A DNA stretch of 63,898 bases, the filler included, from Folioceros fuciformis (Eukaryota), in the NCBI GenBank assembly GCA_049999805.1. It is 4 parts of 3 records of this genome, joined end to end, with 100 filler letters (N's around TTAATTAATTAA, not from the genome) between each part and the next. Parts side by side here need not be neighbours in the genome. Positions count along the whole stretch, not along the records: positions 35,919 to 61,449 come from JBNGIO010006316.1; positions 61,550 to 63,898 come from JBNGIO010006349.1; 2 more parts are not named here. One strand, given 5' to 3'. The stretch's first letter is position 1; every line of letters starts with the position of its first letter. Made by a program: the position numbers and the translations under genes. The notes beneath the pieces are model-generated. The model was not told the origin of the DNA. It ran no database searches and saw only the letters and a list, made by a program, of their open reading frames with translations. This document shows positions 56,705 to 63,898 of the stretch, one piece after another.

Positions 56705-59700
56705 TGTTAAGGGGGGGGGGGTTAAACCTTAGCCTATGTATAGGTTATTTATCGACAAGGTATGGGTAGACATATCTGGATTAGGGTTGACGATGAACAG
56801 TCGTGATATATGTATTTAAAGACAATTTTGACATTATTGATATTCATTCTGACTATTCTTGCTAGGCTATCTTTGCTCCTTGTCTCGTTATATGGTATCA
56901 GAGCATCAGATGCTCTGCACCTTGGGCAAAGCTTTACATAATGCCGAGGTGCAGGGGTTGTAGAGACTTGCGTCAAGGTGAATTATCCCCTGCACAAAAT
57001 TACAATAGGGGATTTCAGCCACGACCCAAAGCACCATTTCTTTTTGATACGGTGCTGGATCTCTACGAGCAACAATACCCCGCCCTCTAGCTGCAGAAGT
57101 TTGTTGTAGAACACTCTCGAAGGACACCTTTTACTAGGTCAAGACCACTTGCAAGAGATTCAAACTCTGAAGTTGTGAGACCAGATTATTCTCAACGTTC
57201 TGCAACAACGAAAGACACACCTGTAATCAATCCTCATACGGGCGTTCAGATTATTGCTAATAAAACACAAGACTCTCTTACCCATGTTGAGAAGGTGTTG
57301 TCCACGATTTTACAAAATCAGGTCTTCCTCAAGAACAGGATTCACAGTCTGGATTCAGTGGTAGAGAGTGTTATTCTTTCCTGCAAAGACCAACTCTAGA
57401 AAGACATAGGCAAAGTCATTGATCTGTTAAAGGATATGGACATCTGCCTACAAGCTCTGGAACATAACACCTTATCTAACGATTCTGCATCTAGCTCACA
57501 GGTCCTGTGAAATCTTCCGCTGCTAGGGAGCAAGGCGATTTAGGCACATCAGCATCCCTTATGCACCTGATCTGAATAGGCACTATAGGCTTGGCGTTGC
57601 TTGGGTCAGATCTATCTTTATGTTGCTCATTGGCTTGCTTTAGAGTGTCTGTTCGCAAGACAATGACACGTTGGTCAGGTTGACCTAACCGTTTAACTGA
57701 AACGCCATAAAAAAAGGAATAGTTGCTGTTTTTTAGGGTTTCTTGCATGAGGTGCAACGTTTCATGTTACAACAGGAAGAAAAGGCTGAGGGGTTCAGCA
57801 GGGGTTGGGCATATCATCTAAACCAACCCAGGTTGACATTCTCAGCGTCTCTCCTACATATCATGATTAGTCCCTAATTATGAGCTATACATTGATACAT
57901 GAGTACTTAGCTTTGTTACCAGAGCCATAGCCCCCCCTACAACGTGATCAGTATTCATGTCCATCGATTCGTTGTTGCACTCGCTGAATAATTCCTTTGC
58001 ACAGCTTAGCCTACAACCACCAGTGGACCCATACCACCCGTTGTCCCGATACCACCTGCATTCAGAGTAACCATGGCTATAACCACTCCGTCATTTACGT
58101 CCGAGTTAAAGGAAAAGGATAGGTTTAAAGGGAATGGCTATCCTGTCTGGCGAGTGAGAATGAAAGCAACCTTACTTGCCCATGGTGTTTGGAGCACAGT
58201 TAATGGGACTTATGCTCAACCAAACCAAAACGTTGTCCCACCTCCTGATCCAGATGATATTGCCCAGTGGAACCAACACAATGCGATTGCTGTTGCTCTC
58301 CTCATTAACGGACTTGATGCAGATCTCGTCCCTGACGTCGAGTACCTCGACAAGGCAAATGAAATCTGGGATCAGTTGGAAAAGACCTACAAAGTGCAGA
58401 ACCTCATGACCCTCTGTTCTGTGAGGCAGGAATTCTACGCATTAAAGATGAAGGAAGGGGATAAAGTGGCAACTCATACTAGCAAGTTCCGGCACCTTTG
58501 GGCCTAGCTCATGGCCATGACTGGAGACAAGATGTCGGAGGTAGATGTTGTCGAACAGTTGCTCACTTCACTCCCTACTTCCTATCAGACCTTTGTCACA
58601 AGCCAGAACGGACCACTTCGAGTTGCTGGAAGTGCAGTGACCGTCACCTTGGAAGAGGTGATTGGTGCACTATTCCAGGAAGAGCAGAGCCGTGCCTTCA
58701 CCTCTGGATCCTTTAAGGGCAAGGGGGAAAAGGTGTTAGCAGCTAATTTCCGCTCAGGCAAAGGCAAAGGGAAACTTAAAGGAGGCAATTCACCTGGACA
58801 GAAGGGGGAATCCTCAAGCTCTACGAAGCAACCAGGCAACTACAATTGGTGTGGGACGCCTGGTCCCTGGGCACGAGAGTGCCGGAAAAAAAGAGTAGGT
58901 GAGCCCCAAAAACAACCAAGGCCAGCTGCAAGTGTTGCAGTTAAGGAAAAATCAAGAGAATCAAAAGCACCAGTAAAGATTCTTACTGTTTGCCTTTCAA
59001 GTTCTCTGAAAGATGATGGGTGCTGGTACCTTGACTCTGGAGCGACCACCCATATTTGTAAGGACATGAAGTTGTTTTCCTCTTTGCACAAAGGCCCAGT
59101 TATTGACAAAGGTTTCCTGGGAGATCAGCAAAGCAAATCTAGTTTGCACATAGAGGGTAAAGGCATGTGCACTTTCAGATTAAGTGATGGCACTGACCTA
59201 AGGCTCGAAGATGTCCTCTTCGTTCCTAGCATGCCTAAGAACCTCATGTCTATGAGTCAACTCATGCGTCTACGTACCTTCTACATGATAGCAGATCATG
59301 AACAGTACTGCTTTTACAGAAAGTCCTCTCTCGACACATGCGTGTTTAAGGGGATTCTCGAGCATGACCTGTACAGGTTAAACATAGTATGCACCCGGGC
59401 ATCATCCACTTGTTAGTATTCTGCCCGGTCCACTGGTGTTCCCACTATCAGTCCTCAGCAGGAGGCTATATTGTGGCACGCTAGATTAGGGCACGTAAAT
59501 AGAGCTAAGCTCATCGACATGTCTACAATAGAATGCCACAAAGAACCTCTTGCCTATTTGCGAGCCATGCATATTGGCGAAACAGAAGGAGTCTCCCTTC
59601 CCAAATGCACCTGCACATAGAGCTACAGAGGTACTTGGCTTAGTACATGCTGATATTTTAGGAAAGATCCATGAACCCTCCCTTGGGGGCTCTTGTTACT

Positions 59701-60725
59701 TTTTCACCCTCACAGATGATTATAGTCGTTACACATGGACCTTTCTCATGCACTCCAAAAGTATTAATTTCAACTATTTCAAGGCCTGGCTCACCACAGC
59801 TCAGAGGCAAACAGGCAGGTTACTAAAAATATTGAGGACAAACAACGGGATAGAGTTTGTTAACTCATCTTTTGAAGAATTTCTTCAAGAGGCTGGGATC
59901 TTGAGGCAACTCACAGTTCCCTATACCCCACAACAGAATGGTGTCTCAGAACGCAAAAAACCAGACATTGCTTGGGATGACACGAAGCATGCTGCTTTGG
60001 GCAGGCTTACCTCAGGGTTATTGGGCCGAAGCAGTGGTGGCAGCCACGTACATCCTCAATAGGGTCCTAACTAGTTCAGACCCTCACTAGACCCCCTATG
60101 AGGTGTACTGGCAAAAGAAGCCTAGTCTGCTGCATCTGAAGGTTTTCAGTCCCAAAGCCTATGCTCACATCCCATCTGAGAAAAGGAAGAAACTAGATCA
60201 ACGTGCATAGGCTTTCATTTTTGTGGGATACAGCGAGCAAGCTAAGGCCTACAAGCTTTTCAATCCAGTCACGGAGTCCATTGTGCTTGCAAGAAGTGTC
60301 ACCTTTCTTGAACCACATGCTCCTTCACCAACTGTTGAGTATGCTTCCATCAGTCCTGTAGAAAGTCTTCCTCCTCCTCTAGATTCAGTTGTGGACTACC
60401 ATCTGGATGATACTGATCCTGATGAGCTTGATTCTTTGGCTCCTTCCGTCCTTCCTGCTGCTCTTATCTCAGGAGCTAATGATCCTCCTCCAGATCCCCC
60501 GGATTCTGAAGCAAAGGGGGAAGAAGGTCAATAGGAGCAACAACAGGAGGCTGATGAAACCGCTTAGCATGAAGATGATGGTGATGCTGACCGTGCTGCT
60601 TCAGAACCTGAGGAAGACAATGCAGAGCCAGCCCTTATTCTGCGCCGCTCCACACGCCTCAGGCCACCCCCTGAACAGTGGAAGGAATCCCGATATCAGT
60701 CAATAGACTTCCGCACTCACCTTAC
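56705..60725 (+). mobile_element. Ty1/copia element 2 nested in element 1 (short 5' LTR ~56705-56892, PBS, ORF0, gag, PR, IN; RT, RH and 3' LTR missing)
   Basis: Starts TG right after copia-1 integrase codons. PBS 56893; gag ATG 58073; WYLDSGATTH; LWHARLGH; VHADI, DDYSR, PQQNGVSER; VGYSEQAKAYK. Confidence 0.9.
56941..57510 (+). pseudogene. Copia-2 leader ORF (ORF0), 190 codons with two TAG interruptions
   Basis: A single frame from ATG 56941 (MPRCRGCRDL) to TGA 57508, with TAG at 57088 and 57397; contains YPAL and VILSCKDQL*KDI. Confidence 0.6.
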
Positions 60726-60727
60726 TG

Positions 60728-61387
60728 CCCTTGTACCTCCAGCATTGCGCTCTAAGTTAGATCCTAAGGCATCAAGACATGTCTTTGTTGGCTACTCAGA
60801 AGAATTGAAGGGTTACAAGTTGTTCAACCCTGTCAATCGTCAACTCACCATCTCTCGGAGTGTGATTTTTCATGAAGCAGCCCTTCTTCGCCGTCATACC
60901 ACAGCTTTGCTTCCGGATGCTACTCCTTTACCTTCTTCTATACACGGCATCGAAGATTCAGCACTCATGGATATTGATGAGATTAGTATCTTTGACGACG
61001 AGGATGCTTCCCCTTCTCAGGAGCCAACAGGAGCAGTTTCAACTTTTGATCATCCAGATGGAGAGGATGACAAGGTTTCGGATGTAACGTATCCTTCAAC
61101 ACCTTTGCTATCACCAACAGGGCCTTGTGACGCCAGTGATTCTTCGGCTCTGTCTAACATAGATGTTCCTTCAACTGAGCCCATACCCACGTCTGTTGTC
61201 GAAAGTAACCCTATTGAGATAACTTCACCACTCTGTCGGTCCACCCGAATTCGACACCCTATGCATGAGTGGAAGGAGCCTCCCTTTTTTGCACATACAG
61301 TCTTTACTGAATTTTCTCCAACTACCGTCCTTAGTATCACAGCTTCCCTTGGCGAACCTCTAACTTACACTGAAGCTTTAGCTGGCC
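60728..61387 (+). mobile_element. Second copia integrase C-terminal/linker fragment (probably copia-1 resuming)
   Basis: RSKLDPKA..FVGYSEELKGYKLF..SRSVIFHE...RSTR...EPLTYTEAL repeats a region already present in copia-2. Confidence 0.8.
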
Positions 61388-61550
61388 TGATTAGGATTAG
61401 ACGCTAAAGGCGCGCCATTGTATTAGCATAAAGAAAAGGTGAATACAGCNNNNNNNNNNNNNNNNNNNNNNNNNNNNNNNNNNNNNNNNNNNNTTAATTA
61501 ATTAANNNNNNNNNNNNNNNNNNNNNNNNNNNNNNNNNNNNNNNNNNNNC

Positions 61551-63898
61551 ATGTCATGGTATCAGAGCGATACGACGATCTGTGTCGTGCGTTAACTTCC
61601 AGCGCACGAGCAATCTGGATCGGCTGTGTGCATTATGGTGCACGCAACGCGCGTGAAGTTCTAAAAGCCGTATCGATCTCATTTGCTAAACTTTTCTGCA
61701 TCTTGAATACTGGACGGGTTGTAGGAGTGCGCAGGGAATCTTTCTCGTGAGCAGATGCCTCCAGGCACCCTGCCTGAGAGAATGCTCACGAATAGATCAC
61801 TTCCTGTATCACCATGCCTGGACAGCGGAAGCAGGAGCGCTTAGCAAGACGAGCACGGCGTCAGCAGGAGTTTCAAAAATGGATTGACGAAAGAGAAGAG
61901 GCTTACCAGCAATCTCTTGCACCTACGCGGTGGCAGCAAGTGTGGGTTCGGATCTCGATTATGCTTGGTTTGATGGCGCACAACGTCCTTCAAGGTTATG
62001 ATGCGCTAGACGGGTATAACTTCAGCAAGTTTGACGTCTCCGACCTTCTGTGAGAGCGATGAGACTTCTTAGTAGGAGCATCTTCTATGCATTTCTACCA
62101 TCGACTGAAGTCGACCTGTATGCCAACCGGCACGGACACCTTTGTGCCCTTTTTGCGAGAGAGCCGGCGCACCTGCAGCCAACAGCGGCATTAGCACATC
62201 AGCATACAAAATACATACTAAACAATGTAATCTCACAGTTTCCCATATCAAGCAGGGACATAGTCCAAATCACCTTACGCATTCAAGAAGAATCTGCAGG
62301 AGAGCACTTATTTTGCAGTGCGTCTCATACTTCTGTTATGTTTTGAGAGAAGTCCCAAAATGGCTGCCAATGCACCTGTACAACAAACTCTCTCACTAAA
62401 TATTGCTAAGGAAGACAAGTTCGATGGAACCAACTTCCATGTCTGGAGAGACCGCATGGTGGAGATCCTCAAGTCTCGACGACTTTGGGGATATGTAGGA
62501 GGTCTTGGCAAACCTCCTGTGGTCATTCCCAAGCCAGTGGGAGCACCTGATTTGGCCGTCTGGGAAGAAGCTGACCAAACGGCCAGAACGCTCTTACAGC
62601 TGAGTGTGAAGAGCACCCATATTGGGGTCTTCCAAGGTGCACAAACCGCCGAACAATATTGGCAGCAAGTAAATGAAGTCTATGACTCTAGGGACTTGAT
62701 GCTACAGACGTACGTTCTCAAACAGTTTGCAGGACTTAAAATGACAGAGACGGATACAGTGGACAAACATGTCCTGGATTTCAGAAACTGGAGGGCGAAG
62801 TTAATCTCTGCCGGTTTTGACTTGGCTGAAGAATTGGTAGCAGTAATTTTGCTGACTACATTGCCCGACTCCTGGACTGGAGTCGTCCACAGCCTGCAAG
62901 AAGTACGCCCAATCACAGTTAACCGAGTGATTGCGGCCATGTTGACTGAAGAATCCAGAAAACGGATTGCCAGCACAAATTTGAGCAGTGACCGAGCACT
63001 GTACTCAAATGACAAGGCCCTTTGGTTAAACAAACCTGGACGGGGTCGTGGCCGAGGAAGCCGTGGAGGATTCATGAGAGGAGGCCGTGGCGGTAGAGGT
63101 GGCCGAGGAGGTTTTAGACCTCAGAACTCAGCTGGTGGCAGACCAAGACCACCATGTGGCCACTGTGGTATGACGAACCACTCTTGGGAAACCTGCAGGA
63201 CGAGATTGGCAGGTGAACGTGGCCATTCTGGCCCCTCTGGACACTTGGCNNNNNNNNNNGGCAGTCCACAATTGCGCTGTCTTCAGCTGAGGCGGAGTAC
63301 AAGAGCCTCACAGAGGCATGCAAGGAGGTCACCTGGACAGTGGGAGCTCTCACTGAGCTTGGAGTGCCACAAACTTTGCCGGTGACCTTATTCTGTGACA
63401 ATCAAAGTGCCATAGCACTTACAATGAACCCCAGGTTCCACGCACGCACAAAGCACGTTGAAATACAACACCACTACATCAGAGAAGTGGTAAATGCTGG
63501 AACTGTCAGAGTCAACTACTGCCCAACGGAGCTGATGACCGCAGATATTTTGACGAAGGGCCTTGGGCGTGTGAAGCACTACCAACATGCATCCGGGCTC
63601 GGGCTCCGTGCATCAGGCAAGGATCTAAGGTGGAGCGCGGCTCCTGATCCTGCAATCGGCAAGGGCAAGGCAGTGGCGGCACACGAAGACGAAGATGGAG
63701 GCGAAGATGAACCCTAATTCAAGCTTCTTTAGAATAGGGTTCAAGTTTCTTATTTAAGTTTCTTTTAATTTATTTTAGGTTTACATTTTTGCACCTAGAA
63801 TAGATTATATATATATATCCTAAATACACTAACCCTGCACCTGAGTGGGAGTGATAGGTTATATTTAATTTTACCTTTTATTAGTTCAGGTTAGGGTT
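61551..63898 (+). mobile_element. Ty1/copia element 3 (PBS, leader ORFs, gag, [gap], RNase H, PPT, start of 3' LTR)
   Basis: PBS 61557; gag ATG 62360 (KFDGTNFHVW), CGHCG..H....C; RNase H SSAEAEY, CDNQSAI, HARTKHVE, ADILTK; purine tract GAGTGGGAG then TG at ~63852. Confidence 0.9.

Noticed and set aside
62318-63717. Copia-3 as a natural gag-RNase H fusion or non-autonomous element
   Set aside because: The join is a 10-N gap at ~63250; the missing pol is probably just unassembled.

Overview
Eukaryotic nuclear DNA from a gene-dense land plant with short (~80-130 nt) introns. A WW-type PPR PG-box suggests a hornwort, lycophyte or fern; this is an inference. In order, the window holds three tandem intact 15-exon MLO genes (-), an intronless NUDX9/NUDT22-like hydrolase (+), and an ankyrin-PGG gene with one frameshift plus a decayed upstream paralog. 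Next is a ~7 kb tandem duplication of a TPD1-like peptide gene and an intronless TEY MAP kinase, with apparent reciprocal decay, and a PLS-E PPR pseudogene. Then come NADH-GOGAT (GLT1; 3' end lost in a gap), PIG-V and RBM25 (all -). The last ~11 kb is a nest of Ty1/copia elements. CRE-like (RLE) non-LTR, Harbinger and solo-LTR remnants are scattered through the window. The best leads are an extra ORF between the PBS and gag in all three copia elements (homologous between two of them), a conserved RLYGKxKG motif at the end of two MLO tails, and the TPD1/MAPK duplication. All coordinates, splice sites and alignments were read by eye; no searches were run.
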